Part shown: positions 12,105 to 25,200 of the stretch, piece by piece
Layout of the letters: each line of letters starts with the position of its first letter
Numbering within the stretch: position 1 is the first letter of the stretch
Source of the DNA: Balanoglossus misakiensis
Lineage: Eukaryota; Animalia; Hemichordata
NCBI GenBank assembly: GCA_040954595.2
Contig: CM082594.2
Span: forward strand, 7,212,840-7,276,839
Direction of reading: 5' to 3'
DNA: 64,000 nucleotides
Notes under the pieces: generated by a model
Seen by the model: only the letters and a program-made list of their open reading frames with translations
What the model was told of the DNA's origin: nothing
Databases searched by the model: none
Made by a program: the position numbers and the translations under genes

Positions 12105-13734
12105 TGGTATCAGTTAGGTCCTGTTATTGTTCTATTAGGCAGATGATTGCTTGTTACTGTAGGCTAAACACTAAGCAAAGCCTTGCATCCACTCTATACA
12201 AGGAAGTTCGATTTAGAGCCCAGTCAGTATAAAGCACGGCGGTTTGAAGCCGACGTTCTGTTTAAGAAGTAATAGCGTGGCTGAGATGATGAACATTTTT
12301 CACTGGTATGCCCCACATGTGGTAGGGTAACGCGGGCAAATGAAGTACAACGCCCCTGATCCCACGAAAAGAGTCCAGGGCTCATTAAAAGGACCCCAAC
12401 TCGCGACTTTTCCGATTGTCTTCAAGACATTATAAATTAACGGCAATCTGTGACACCTACGAGGTTGCCATGGTGACCTCGATGATCGTGGGCGTCACCT
12501 GTATTATCATTGTATCCATAACAACGTGAACTCCCGAGTGGTGTGATACACACAAACTATCAAACGCCATGAGGTGTTTTCCTGTAAATGTAAATATGCG
12601 GGCGCCACGTGCATCTTTCTTTGTGCGCATTTTCGCTCTCATAACAAAGAAAGTCAGTGTCGGAAACTAATTTCCCGTAGGAATATCACGGTTATCCATA
12701 AAGATAGACTGACGTAGATGTTCACGATAATTAGTCCCCGGGTTTTTCTAGGGAGTAAAAGTTACTAAATATTCACAGAGAAACCAATCTATTAAAAAGT
12801 ACACGGATGTAGAATATTTGCAATAATTGGGGGAGTGGGAAAGATTTTCCGTGGTGGAAGTTAAACTGGTGAGCGTTTGAAAACAAGAACATTTGAAGAC
12901 GATTTCAAAGCAAATCTTGAACTACAAAGGCGTTGTCTAAGAATAGCCGTTAGAGAAAGTAGAACTATTGTGTGAGTGTTGGACGCGTGAAAGTTTCGTG
13001 CAATTTCAGACATGTTTTTCTCAGTGAGTGTCCCGTTGCCATTGGCAACCGCTGTGGCATGAATACGTTAGACAGAATGTGAACGGTTGTGGTAAAATGA
13101 ATGAACTTTCCAGTCGTCAACCCATCTTCCGTGTAGAAGTAAAATTGGGAACTTCAATAGGAAAATTGACAAGAGCGTCAACAGGTTAAAAGTTGACGTG
13201 TTTGTGCAACTCTGGTGCCGTTTGTGATGATGCGCGATCGGTAAGAACTGGTTAGGGGCGACATCTAAGTCAATTTACGGAAAAAATATTCTTACCCCGG
13301 CGGAGTAGGCTATATTCCAATACTAGCATTGGAATCGATTTCCATAAACTGGTTCTTAGGTATAAAAGTACAAGCAAGACATCGTTGGCTTGCCTTAAAT
13401 ATGCATCTTCTTTGTAGCCTGACAGTTTTGAAGCATTAGCAATAGTAAAAGTCGCACTGTGTACTGTGGCCCGTTGGCGTTAATGAATAAAAACAAAAGA
13501 ATCTGGCAGTGTATACAGACATTTACCGAGAGATAGCCGGGGCCAATCACTATAGTTAGGATTCGCAATTTACGAAATTACAATTCATGTATCCCGTGCG
13601 TGTACTTCAAATTCCAGTATGCATGCAAGATCGTCATACACAAGTCTCACTACACGAATGAAATCTACTGGCAAATGTCGAAACGGAAAGTAGAGGGTTG
13701 TGATGGTGTGATTATTGTGGACGACGCTGTCAGT

Positions 13735-13841
13735 GGAAAGTCCCATTTAGCTGCAGCTGTACATGTGACGTTACGTCGCGCACGGCCGACTTTGTGTTGG
13801 CCTATAGAGTAAATCGTATTGAAATTAGGTGTTTATAAATA
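13735..13841 (+). promoter_or_regulatory. Putative LBP/BPI promoter: kappaB site and TATA box
   Basis: GGAAAGTCCC at 13735-13744 is the reverse complement of canonical GGGACTTTCC; TATAAATA at 13834-13841; ATG at 13969. Confidence 0.55.
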
Positions 13842-13968
13842 GAACTGCACAATCCCCACTTCCTCGTCATGAAAAGCACTTGGTCCACGCAGCCATAGAA
13901 GTGCATATTCCGGTTTGGTGTCAGTGAATGCGGGACGTGTATTTGACGAACCCGTTCATATCTCCGCG

Positions 13969-16900
13969 ATGTCTATCAAGCGTTCCAGCCCTGTTCCCAG
14001 TCTGTGTGCCGTGGTCACACTTTTCGCGGCCTTGGCGATCAGCGACACCGGTGCCGTCTGGACGAGTCCAAATCCCGGGTTTAAGGCACGAATCACACAG
14101 CCTGGGCTCAAATTCAGTAAGTGTATAAACCACCGGTCCCCCTACATTGGTCAGTTAACGTTCTGGTCCATTGATTCGGACACAGTCGTTCGGCCCGGTA
14201 AATGTGGTGCTGGAATGACGGTCTTTGTCAAGGTAGCTGAACTACCTGATATTTAACAGTTGAGGATTGTAGATTATGTGCATATAATTGATCATAGACA
14301 CTTCAGGTCCCAGGTGTCCCTGAATGGTGATCGATTCAGGGACTGTAAACTGGGGTCATGGTGAACCCGGATATGAACTGTAGAATGTGATACGTTGTAC
14401 ATGTTACATTTATTACGCAATCTCGGCGACGTCTTTTACATACGCAATACGGTGATATAATCTCTTATGCTTATGCGATTTTACTTGTAATCAGATTGAG
14501 TATAACGATGTGTTAAACTATAGGAATTTCTACTATTCATTGCGCATAGCTCCTACCGCATAGTAGTACCAGCAAAGTCGACAGTAAAAGCCACAAATAC
14601 AATCACATATTTTAGGTACATATTCACATTGTCACATATTTTAGGTAAACATCGGCACGACCTAAATTAATATTTATTCTAATTTTACTGTTACTTGACA
14701 GTCAATGATGTTGGTGTTCAACTTCTCACTGAAGATGTCAAAGGTCAGAGTATACCCGACATCAGCGGGACCGCCTCTATCTCTATCGGAAAAGTCGACT
14801 ACACGGTCTCAAGGTAAACGATATACACCTGTCCACTTCCTCATTCTACGCCGAGGAAAAATCCTGCATACAAAATATTATGCGCTTTCCACTTCCGTAT
14901 GGTCAAAGTTGCTGTCCAGTGTGAGAAGTAAAGCGCACCCTTCCTCATGAAGTTTACACTTACAGTTCAGAGTGTTCAATGTCCCCCGTAGGATGCAGTG
15001 ATACATATGTGTCACCACCTCTGCTTGGTTTACAGCATTTTTTAACATGTGAAATAAAAACGGCCAAAGCTGTTAAAAATATATCTTATATATTCAATGC
15101 TCAGTAACTAAACAAAGTTGAACATTTGACCTCAACTGGTTGCCCAGAAACAAAATAAAATGCAGAAGTGTTTCGGTTGCTTTGTTCTGGTCGCGTTATA
15201 CGCACGTGAGCTTATGACATGATAAGATGGTTTTCAATATTAATCATCCTTTCGGAGCACCTGAGTGACAGGTTTAAATGTGTTGCGAACCGAGAGTTCA
15301 CCGTGGCTTGAAGGAGAAGTTGCGTTTCCCGTTTTCATTCTTCTATTTGCGAGTTTTGACATTCTGTTTGTTCTTCTCGCGCACAGCATGAGGATCACGG
15401 GGTTTTCTGTGCCGACCACTTCCCTATCAACGCAGCCAGGCGTGGGGCTGCGGTTCTTGGCCAGTGGGGGCAGTATTTCCCTGCACGGCGACTGGAGATA
15501 CAAGTACAAGAAGGGATTGTAAGTAGTAATTCCGAAAATGAACTCTAGGCGGTGCGCTAGCATCAAAAAAACTTCGCCAGAATTGAAATTGAAGTTGTCG
15601 TTCGGTTTCTGTTTCGTTCCAGTATCCACATCAGCGACCACGGCAGCTTCGATGCATCAGCTAACAATTTGAACTTGAACTTGGCTGTTAGGATGGGTAG
15701 GTACATTATACGCATAATCATCTGGAATTATTCCACTGTAAAGGTCAATTTATCAACGTCTGTAACCGCTACCTCCATGATCTCCATGGTAACGTTAGTT
15801 ACGTCGTTCAATATGAAGCCTGTCAGTTTCCAGTATATTTTTACTTTTTAAAAAAATGCTAAAATTTTCAGTATTTAATAATTTGTGAAGCAATCAGCGC
15901 ATAAGAGGCGTGAAAACAAACATTCAGACACGCATTTTCAACTTGTATGTCAACTTTTCAGGTAAGGACGGCAGTGGACGTCCAACGATCGAGCCAGCAG
16001 GGTGCACCGGCAACATTGGTTCGCTGAATATCAAATTACATGGTGGCGCCAGGTAAATAATTTCCCGTTCTTTCTCATCAGTTCGCAATTTATGTAGACA
16101 TGGGAACGTCATTTGTTAATTGGGCTTTAAAAAAAACACTTTTTATTGGGACTGTTGCATCCCTGAAGATCAAAATCACAAGCATACTTCTATCTCTAAA
16201 TATAGATAGAATTTAGAATAAAATCTTAATTTTTTCTCGACAGTTGGTTGTACAATTTGTTCTCCAGCAACATTGAGAAGTCACTGAGGAACAGTTTGAA
16301 TAAACAGGTAAAAACAGAAGCAAACATAAGTTGTACAAGAGGTGGCGCTTCACTGTGTAGCGACTCTGAGCTGAGAAATTGTCAAGTCCCCAAACAGGCA
16401 GTTTCGCGTGCACAGCGTACAATCACAGCATGTGTGCGTTAATTGGAGCAAGATTTAGAAATGAAAGTCATCATTGCTATGTTGTCAATACTACTGCAGT
16501 CAGACTGAACAGTTAGACTCGCCCAGGCACCGTTCATGCATTTAATATTCACCCGTTTTCATCTTTCGATTCCTACAGATTTGCGATATGGTCAATGATG
16601 AAATACGAACACGTGCTGCCAGCGCTTTGGCAACAATGAAAAGTGAGTTTTGTAGTCGTTTCTGTGTGTTTAGTTTTTCTGTGTTTGTTTGAGTTTTCAC
16701 TGCTATTCCACCTAAGCTCGGTCTGTTACTATCATGCGGTTTTCTGTATATTTTTCAAATCTACTAGCAGCAATGATTGTAGCGGCGGTTCACTGGATGC
16801 CGGGGCTGAGTGCACGACCTTAACTTAATTACCTGTCAGAGTGTGAGGTCGCTTCGGTCTTACTAAGATTAACAGGTCGCGAATAGGTTCGCAACAGAGA

Positions 16901-19624
16901 GCGATTCAATGTCTTCGTTTTGCAGCGCAACACTTGACATTTTATGAAATATTTTGCTTTTTCAGTCTTAACTCCAGTTGGGCCATACACAGAATTGGAT
17001 TATGGCCTCGTAGCTAATCCCGTCTTTGATTCGACATTCATGGAAACTTCCCACAAGGTACTGTCACGTTATCTCAAATTTCTAGTCGAAAGCCTGGTTC
17101 ATTACTAGTTCATTACTAAATCCATACACATTTTTTTGGGTGTTCACAACAGGTCACGTGGTGTCCTTACAAATGCCAGTGTTTCAATAGTGCGACAGTT
17201 TCGATGACATACATACATACATACATACATACATACATACATACATACATACATACATACATACATACATACATACATACATACATACATACATACATAC
17301 ATACATACATACATACATACATACATACATACATACATACATACGAATATTTAAATACGTATACGACACAAGCAATAAAAATCAGGTGACTCACACTGCA
17401 CATGTTCCCCCTCCCCCCTCTCCAATTTTCAGGGCGAGTTTTACCCAACCGGCAAACACGACAAAGAGGCTCCGTACAAAGTGCCAGCAATCGCTCCTTC
17501 CACATCAAACAGCAAGATGGCGTACATGTGGATTACGGACTACGTCATCAATACAGCTGGCTATGTTTTCCAAGAAATAGGAAAATTGACGTACAATATC
17601 ACTGATGACATGGTAAGGGAGTTTTTTTGTTATGTGCGCGACCCGCTGGGCTAATCTGTGTTCGTGATGATATGTGGGTAATAAAGCATGGTTATTAAAG
17701 AAAAAATAAATAATTCAGTTTATTCCATCTTTCACAGACAGTTGATTTTCGACTTTATTGCAAGGCCGGCACTATAAAGCTGCGTCCCTAGTTGTTGTAC
17801 AGTGTTTATAGAGTGTTATATCTGCGATCAATGGGACCTGGTACCTCTCAACTGTTACCCATCGTCTGATTTTTCTCCCTCCGACATCTCCCCTTTCTCG
17901 CCAGATCCCGCCCGGAAGCGAGTTTCGCTTGAACACCAGCAGTATTGGTTTCCTGATCCCCCAGGTTTGTCATTTTCAATAACCATTGATTCAGAAACTT
18001 GCTTCATGCACATCGTATCTCCACGGGTGCATTTTTCACATGTGCAAGATTTTTGACGATTCTGAAGATTATTCAAAATGAGACAAATTCTAAATCTCTG
18101 GGTGCTGTCTTTTTTCTGCAGCTTGAGAAAATGTACCCGAACATGTTGATGGAACTGGTCGCCAACAGCACCCAGCCGCCCATAGTGACCGTTGCCAAGG
18201 AGGGCGTATCAGGCAGGTTGTGGGCGGACCTTATCGCGTACGTGGTCCTTCCCGGTGGCAAGCGGCAAGAAGCGTTCACCCTAGGCGTTGTGAGTAGATG
18301 AACAGTGACATTTTTTATTTGCTGTTTCTTTAGCTTTGCAAGAACAAAGATTCGTCCACTGCTAAAATGCAGAGTCAAGTATACGTTAGTATTTCTGTCG
18401 GACTTGAACTTGGAACCACAGAACAAGGCACATACCTATTGTACCTCTCTCTAATAAGTCTAGGAAAGTTCAACATTTGAAAGTCTATGCCTGAATATGA
18501 CTAACGTGGTGTCATCTGTTAATCGCCACACAGGTAGCCAAGGGAAACGGAACCGTGGGTTTTGCTGACCCTAATGTGACTGGAAAGGTGCAGACGATGA
18601 GGTTAGTGGTTTGGCTGTCAACTCGAGAAGCAGACATGCATGTATGGGCACTTCCAATTTTTAGTGGGAATTTCAGTCCGCAGATCACTTTTGCCAATTA
18701 AAGGTGCACATTACAGCGGATGTTTTGGTCAGCTTTGTACAGAATGATTTCACAGAAAATGTACGAGTAGCTCTTTACAGAACTATGATGTATTTTCCTT
18801 TCAGCGCGGAGTTGACACTGAAGAATAGCAACGTTGGTCCATTCAGTGTAAGTCTGTCTCTGTTTCTTATCGCATGAATACAAAAGTAGTCTCGGTTACC
18901 CAGACCCCCTGCTTCTTCCGTTGGCCTCGTTTTCGCGTCGTATGCTTGGAGATGGCGCCATGTTGTGGAAGGGCGCCCTCTTTTTGAAAAAGCGTAGGCT
19001 TTTATTTTAGTTACTACATTCGTTTTTGTCTCTCTGCAGCTCATTCTCATTCAACCAGCAGTGGACATATTGATCGACACAGGAGTCATCCCTTATCTCA
19101 ATGGTAAGACACTTATTTTAGCTCACCAGATCTGCCGTAGGTCCTAATAAGGATTTAGCCGTAACTAAAATGCCCATAACAAGTGTCTGATCGAAATGCA
19201 TATATTTGAGGAGCATCTTCGAGTTTAGTATAAGGTCTGATTTCCAGAGCAGATTTGACGTTAACTTTTCTTCGATCAGAAAAAGGGGCGAAAGGTATCC
19301 CGCTACCGGAAGTGGAAGGCGTCCATTTCATCAATCCAGAAATAGTGCTGGAACAGGTAAGCAGATAGAACGATTGGGCTAGTTTTTAACCTGCATTTTC
19401 CATTCTTAATGATATGGCCATTTAAGCACAACCATAAGGGCAGGATGCATTCACTTTAGTGCAAGACGTGTCAAATTTGTTGGCTTTACATAGAGATCAC
19501 AATCATTGCTGACGACTCGTGACAATGATTAACATCCACAATATATTTCACTGATAATACTATCTATATTTTCTTCTTCCAGGACGTGATCAAACTTGGC
19601 ACGGATCTCAAGTATACACCGTAA
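13969..19624 (+). CDS. LBP/BPI-family (TULIP superfamily) secreted lipid/LPS-binding protein, ~16 exons
   Basis: Signal peptide followed by NPGFKARITQPGLKF (BPI N-terminus); later exons encode IPDISG, ISLHGDWRYK, IEKSLRNSLNKQ/ICD, LEKMYPNMLMEL, KGIPLPEVEGVHFINPEI and DVIKLGTDLKYTP*. Exons approx. 13969-14116, 14702-14813, 15388-15518, 15623-15696, 15962-16052, 16243-16307, 16580-16642, 16966-17057, 17433-17612, 17904-17954, 18122-18289, 18533-18601, 18805-18847, 19039-19102, 19280-19356, 19583-19624. AATAAA near 20005 and 20031. Confidence 0.9.
17207..17345. repeat. (CATA)n tetranucleotide microsatellite
   Basis: Perfect run of acat units in an LBP/BPI intron. Confidence 0.98.
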
Positions 19625-21580
19625 AATATGACGGAAAGGTATACATATTTACAAAAGAGAGACCGTTCTATGCCTGTGTCGTGGGCATTAAACCCAGCCC
19701 GTAAAAGCAATATATTCAAGTATTATAGTTCTTAAAAGTACATGTAGAGACATTTTATGGACCAGTACTTCTCGTAGATTCGGTTAGTGTAACTGTTATC
19801 CGATTTCTCGTTGTGCTCATCACAACATCTGCCCATGTTATTTACCATTTAAATCATTTGTCTGTATAATTTTCGTCTTTTTATAGAATTTTGAGAGATT
19901 GCATATTTGAGATATTCTTCTGTGCCTTTTGTAGACAGTGCCTTGTAGGGAAGAACTCTGACTGGTTATAACCGGATTATGTTTCTCAGGGGTGGAGAAA
20001 TTTCAATAAAACCGAGACTTTTATCTGACAAATAAAAATCTTGGTACTGTCTGTTGCGAGAGGGTGGCGCACTTTCCCATCACGCGAACAAACTGAAATT
20101 TCCATGAATCCTGAAATCGGTTATGCGGTTAAACGTGATATTTTCGAGTTGCATAGCAACGTTGTCGATTCAAAAAAAGAACAGTTGTGCGTTCCGTGAT
20201 GTGACAGAAAGTGAAAAAAAATTGAACAACACCAAATCCTGAATATATTGCGAGTTTATAGAGTTATTACAAGATCAGTCGGTACAACGCAAACAATATG
20301 GTGAGACAGGACGCCGGTGGGCGAGATGGCAGACTTGGACACCGTAGAGGGCAGGCCGGTCATTTCATCTAAATTACATAGTTACAGTAATGTGTGTTAC
20401 AGTTTGCCGCGGGGGACACAACCGTATTAGTGACAGGCTTTTAATTGAAGTCTACAACATAAATAAAAGTGAGAACGCCCTCAGGGTAAGCTGAACCATG
20501 GGAGTAATTATACTCATCACAGTGTGTTGTGAGTCACCATGAAATCGAATTTCAAATTTGATGTTTCATTTTCTGCATTTCAAGGGGAAATGATGCAGGC
20601 GATTTTCACAGCACAAAGGCAAACGTGCCACAGTAACATTTGTATGTGACAGACAGACAGACACATCTGGGTCGGGGTTTAATTTTTATTCAGCGCCACC
20701 AACGATAAATTCTCTATGTGCAACAGGAATTTTTTCGAATGCGACGACCCCTACCAGTCTGTACCGACGCTTTCTTAACATCTAAACATCAGAAGCTACA
20801 AAAGACACAGTAACTTCCTGTTTGGCATCGTTATTTCGAAGCTGGCATTGAATGCAACCCTTTCTTTCATATAAGCAAGATACGGCCAGGTTTCTTCGGA
20901 TCGATGATGTTCCTAAAATTAGATAAATTGGCGGAACCGAAGGGAAATGCGGGATTTCAATGGCATTGTGATGTTCATTTCTCGGTGACTGACGAGTTTG
21001 ATGGTATCTCAGACACACGACACACACGGGGGAGAATCGCCAGCTTTGCGTGACCAACTGATTTTGAGCCGATAATTTAAAAAAAAAACCCACTCAATTC
21101 CGACTGTCAAGTTTAACACCTTTGTCACGACTGGTTTGCATGATGTGCATTGTGTGCACGTGTACAAAGTCACTCGCTACATAATAGTCAAGATATATAA
21201 TTTATTTGTTTATTCGGGCACAACGTTTTGTGAACTACAAGTGTATCTGCTGGTTGCATGTATTTGTATGTTATAGATATTAGCTCGTGTCCTTTGCGAC
21301 TGAGAGTGGGGTAACTGACCGTGTGAGTTTGACAGGCCAAATAAATCTGCATATAACAAGTGCGACATCTGTCGTTTTTTCACCGAGTGCACCAATCAGC
21401 TTCGAGGTCGCGCTTGTGACTAGAGTGAGCGACCAAGAAGGAAAGCACGCTCGCAGGAAAACCGGACATTAAGGCTACTAGTCAGCATCTCCAGCGTTAC
21501 GCTGGTCTACATAGCGACAAAGTCTGGTTCTGCTCGAGTTCTGAGAATAGGTATGTTAATGTTATCCTCCGGTCAGCAGT

Positions 21581-21764
21581 GTGGTTGCCTGTTTTGGACC
21601 TGTCGTCAGTCACCCAGCCATCAGGCGAACCGGACATTTTCCTGTGCCATCCACTCCACGAGTGTGTTTGGACTATTGCATCACGCCCGGCCACTGACGG
21701 TGAATGTGCTGTCAATACGCATGTCCAGTCTGCAAGCATGTAGTCTGCATCGCAAGTCATAAAG
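21581..21764 (+). pseudogene. Decayed WAP/four-disulfide-core-like exon
   Basis: Frame from 21581 reads VVACFGPVVSHPAIRRTGHFPVPSTPRVCLDYCITPGH*R*MCCQYACPVCKHVVC, a WAP-like spacing with two stops, and ends at a G|GTAAAG donor. Confidence 0.4.
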
Positions 21765-21860
21765 GTAAAGTTTAGAATTGTTTTCCAAATTAGACTTGTA
21801 TATGACCGTATAGTCCCTGTTTATAAATGATTCGAAATATGTGGGGAGGCATGACCTTTT

Positions 21861-22281
21861 TAGCCCGGAGACCAGGGCGTAGGGGAAAAGAAACGCCCGG
21901 TGACAGTCTCTATTTACGCACAGAATTCTGTGCGCAGAACGACACGGGTGGTAAATCTTGCATGTAAGCTAATTGGTCACTCAATGTAAACCAAATGACA
22001 TCATCGCATTCTAAATAAGGAAATAGAGGTGGAGTCACCAAGTATGTTTTCAAAACGGGATGTGGGAGTGGTTTTGAAGGTGTATGAATATTCATAACCA
22101 AGCTTTGTTAATTATATCATCCAACCACTGGCGCCCGTCAACATTTGATAGATCACTCGTTATCCATTCGTTACTAACCGACCCTGAGCGTTGCCAGGGC
22201 TACTATCTTTCAGCTCAGCGGGACATTACTCGACTGTCCCCGGGCGTTGTATTCTAGATCGACGCCCTGGTCTCCGGGCTA
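21861..22281. mobile_element. Non-autonomous DNA transposon, 20-bp perfect TIR, 9-bp TSD
   Basis: TIRs tagcccggagaccagggcgt (21861-21880) and acgccctggtctccgggcta (22262-22281); TSD tgacctttt at 21852-21860 and 22282-22290. Confidence 0.92.
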
Positions 22282-25200
22282 TGACCTTTTATTCAATCGT
22301 ATCATAACTCGTGCGCAATCCGAGTGGCGATGGTGATAATGATGATGAGGATCTTCGCCTTGGAACCGTTTATCAAACGGAGCTAAATGCATAATTGGCG
22401 GCATTTATCGTTGCGTGTGGCGTGCTCGACACCATTCTTGATGACAGTGGAGGCCACTGCAGCCGGCCCGAATGTAATGATTCCGTTGATAATACCGCCA
22501 CGTGCATTCTGCTCTTTTGCTAATCACACCCCTGCGCGCGCACCCACGGGTCCACTTCCGCCGGCGCAAAAGTAGAAATTTCACAAAAAGTTCCGTCGCC
22601 ACGACACGCGTCACACCATGAAACGTCATCATAGGCCACTCCCCACACACTCACAAGAAATAACACCACACATCAGTCTGAAACTTTACAGAAATAAAGA
22701 AATCTTTCTTGCATTCGGTTTATTTACCATACAGGAGAATAAATGCGGTTAGAAAGTAAGGAAAGAGAGGGACAAATTATAGAATCCTTTTTGGCAATCG
22801 CTCCGGTCAGATGAAACAATATTGAACAGCGTTTTGTATTGCCCAGAACATTAATATAAGCAAGTAAAGTCTCAAAATTGGTCGCTTACAACATTCAGTA
22901 CGCATTTTTGTTCACAAGCGTCTCCACAATTGTATTTTAGGCGCTGATTGAGCTAAGAAAGTTATTTTCCGATCTTCTAATCTAAGGTCAAGTGAAAAGC
23001 GAGAAGCGGTTGTCATAGCGATGAAAGACAGCGGAGGCAAGTCACGTGATACACGGCGAGATTTGCCGTGAACTTGCGTTGTTACTACATCTAAAAACCG
23101 AAAAACGACTTTAGGAAATAATCAGGTTAAAATGAAGAATTTTTTAGAAAAAAGAAAGGTTTACTCTGTTCCGTGGTTTGAAGTTTTGGTACAAGGGAGT
23201 AAAAAAAAGAAATTGTACGTTGTAGTCTTCGAGACATCCTGCTGCCGTGCGTCGACGATGAAGCGATGGGTGGAATGTATCGAGCGCCGCCGGAGATGAG
23301 CAGCGCTGACGCTTCATTCGCACACGACGCCAGTCGTTGTTTGGTTCTATTCGCAGTACTTGTCGTTCTTGCGGCTGTTGAGGAAATAAAACCGATAGAC
23401 GTGTCAAAAAATATTCGCTATAGACATCACCATGTCCACTGCGATTGAAAAATCCGTTCTTCACTCCAAAATAAGTATGAAAGTTTGCTTTGGTCAGACG
23501 TCCCTCTGTGATTCAACAAATGAAGTTACTTGGGACGATGAAAATGCGTAAACGGATTCAAATTAGCGCGAAAATTGTCTCTTTTGGACAAGGAAATTAA
23601 CACTTTTCACACAGAACTGCAATTCAAATTTCCGAGAGCGCAGTGCTCAAATACGTGTGACAGTCAACATGGCGACTCTCCATGTGCGTACAGTTCAGTT
23701 TAAACACTTGTGTCGCGAAGGATAAATACAAGGCATGGCTGAAGGAGGTACAAATTGACAGGATGCCTGCAGAATATCAAAATCGATATAGCGTTTGGGT
23801 TGTAAGACTTGTCTGCAAGCAAATTGTCTTCATGGGTCATGTTTTTCACCATTAATTGGTGTAAAATTTCATCTCAATGGTCCATCATTCTCCACGTCTC
23901 GATTGACACGGTAGTTTTGACTAAATGCCTGCTGAACAGAGTTTTATCCCCGAAATGGCAGAAACCCTCTAAATAAAATGTTTCACGCCCCGATTTACGT
24001 GGATTTTGGCACATGAAAACAGAAAGGTTTTCATCGTGATGTGACAGAAAAACCAGTACGCGGTTAGTAAGAAAAAAAAACACTGGTAAATCTGGCCAAT
24101 TTACTATTGAAGATAAAATTTACTTGTTGCGTGGATTCGTTGTAAAAATACAAGTCGAAATGGAGGGGTCAATTCAGCTGCCCCCCGCGTAGGACATGAA
24201 AACACAAAAGGTCTTTGAGGAAGACGGACTCAAAGAACGAAAACGTGCTTTCATCTTTTCTGTAGCCCAGCTTTCTTTACCAAGTTTCAACTATTACTTT
24301 ATTTGGCCAATTTGCCTGTAGGGGGGCTCGCGACCGAATTGACATCACTCTCGGCTGTTCCTTGCAACACCGGGACTCCCCTCCCCCACAGAACCGAAGC
24401 GGTCACGTGACCCGTGGCACGAGGCCGCGCCATCTGCCCATCCGACATTCCCACGGCGGTTCCCATCTTGCACTTCCAAGAACTGAAATTCTCTTTCCAC
24501 GAAATAATCTCGCGGAAACATCAAAGGACGTCAAGGGGGCATTAACCACTACGATTAAGGTTATATGAATGGGTTCCATCACGGTAAAGCAACCATTCGG
24601 AACTTTCAGATCTATTAAAGATTGGGGAAAGCATCTCTGAAAATGGTTTTTTTTTGTCGTAACCATGATAACCTATACACCTTTGTCATTCAAAAGATGG
24701 ATTATAACTGTAAATTTGAAAAGGGCTGTAGTACTTCTCCGATTTCAGCGGAAAAGGGTATCTAACATTCCTCGTGATTGTCATCAGTCGATCCCATATT
24801 CTCCAACTATTCATTTATCCAGATTTACTATAATAAAATATGGCGCACCTTTATTAGACTATTCCATATACGGTGTTATATGTAATGGATTTGATTTAAT
24901 TTCGTCAATATTTTTCCATGCGTCTATTTTATTTCTTACTTCTTACCAGAAATCCGTTCCTTTTTGTCACCCCTTCGACTGTTCATAATTACCGATGAAA
25001 GAGTCAACATAAGTCGTTCATGCAAGACGTTGCTTCCTCTCGTCGGGAAGATGTTGATGGCGAGGAAAACTTATCGAATTGTCTGTGTGTGCGAGCTTTT
25101 GTAGACGTAAAGTGCGTTGCGACGTGGACCCGTGGGTGTTTCGAAACTGAAACGCAAAGCACACTACAGTCTGCGTCACCTCGCGAAACGTCTGACGTGT

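Noticed and set aside
17144-17508. ORFs with MYVC/YIHT repeats
   Set aside because: Translations of the (CATA)n microsatellite.
21695-21703. In-frame TGA at a Cys position read as selenocysteine
   Set aside because: A second TGA follows two codons later, other WAP residues are degenerate and no SECIS was recognised; decay is the simpler explanation.
23266-23448. 60-aa ORF with a hydrophobic stretch (CLVLFAVLVVLAAV) as a second secreted peptide
   Set aside because: The hydrophobic segment is far from the start, and there are no dibasic/amidation sites or supporting splice signals.
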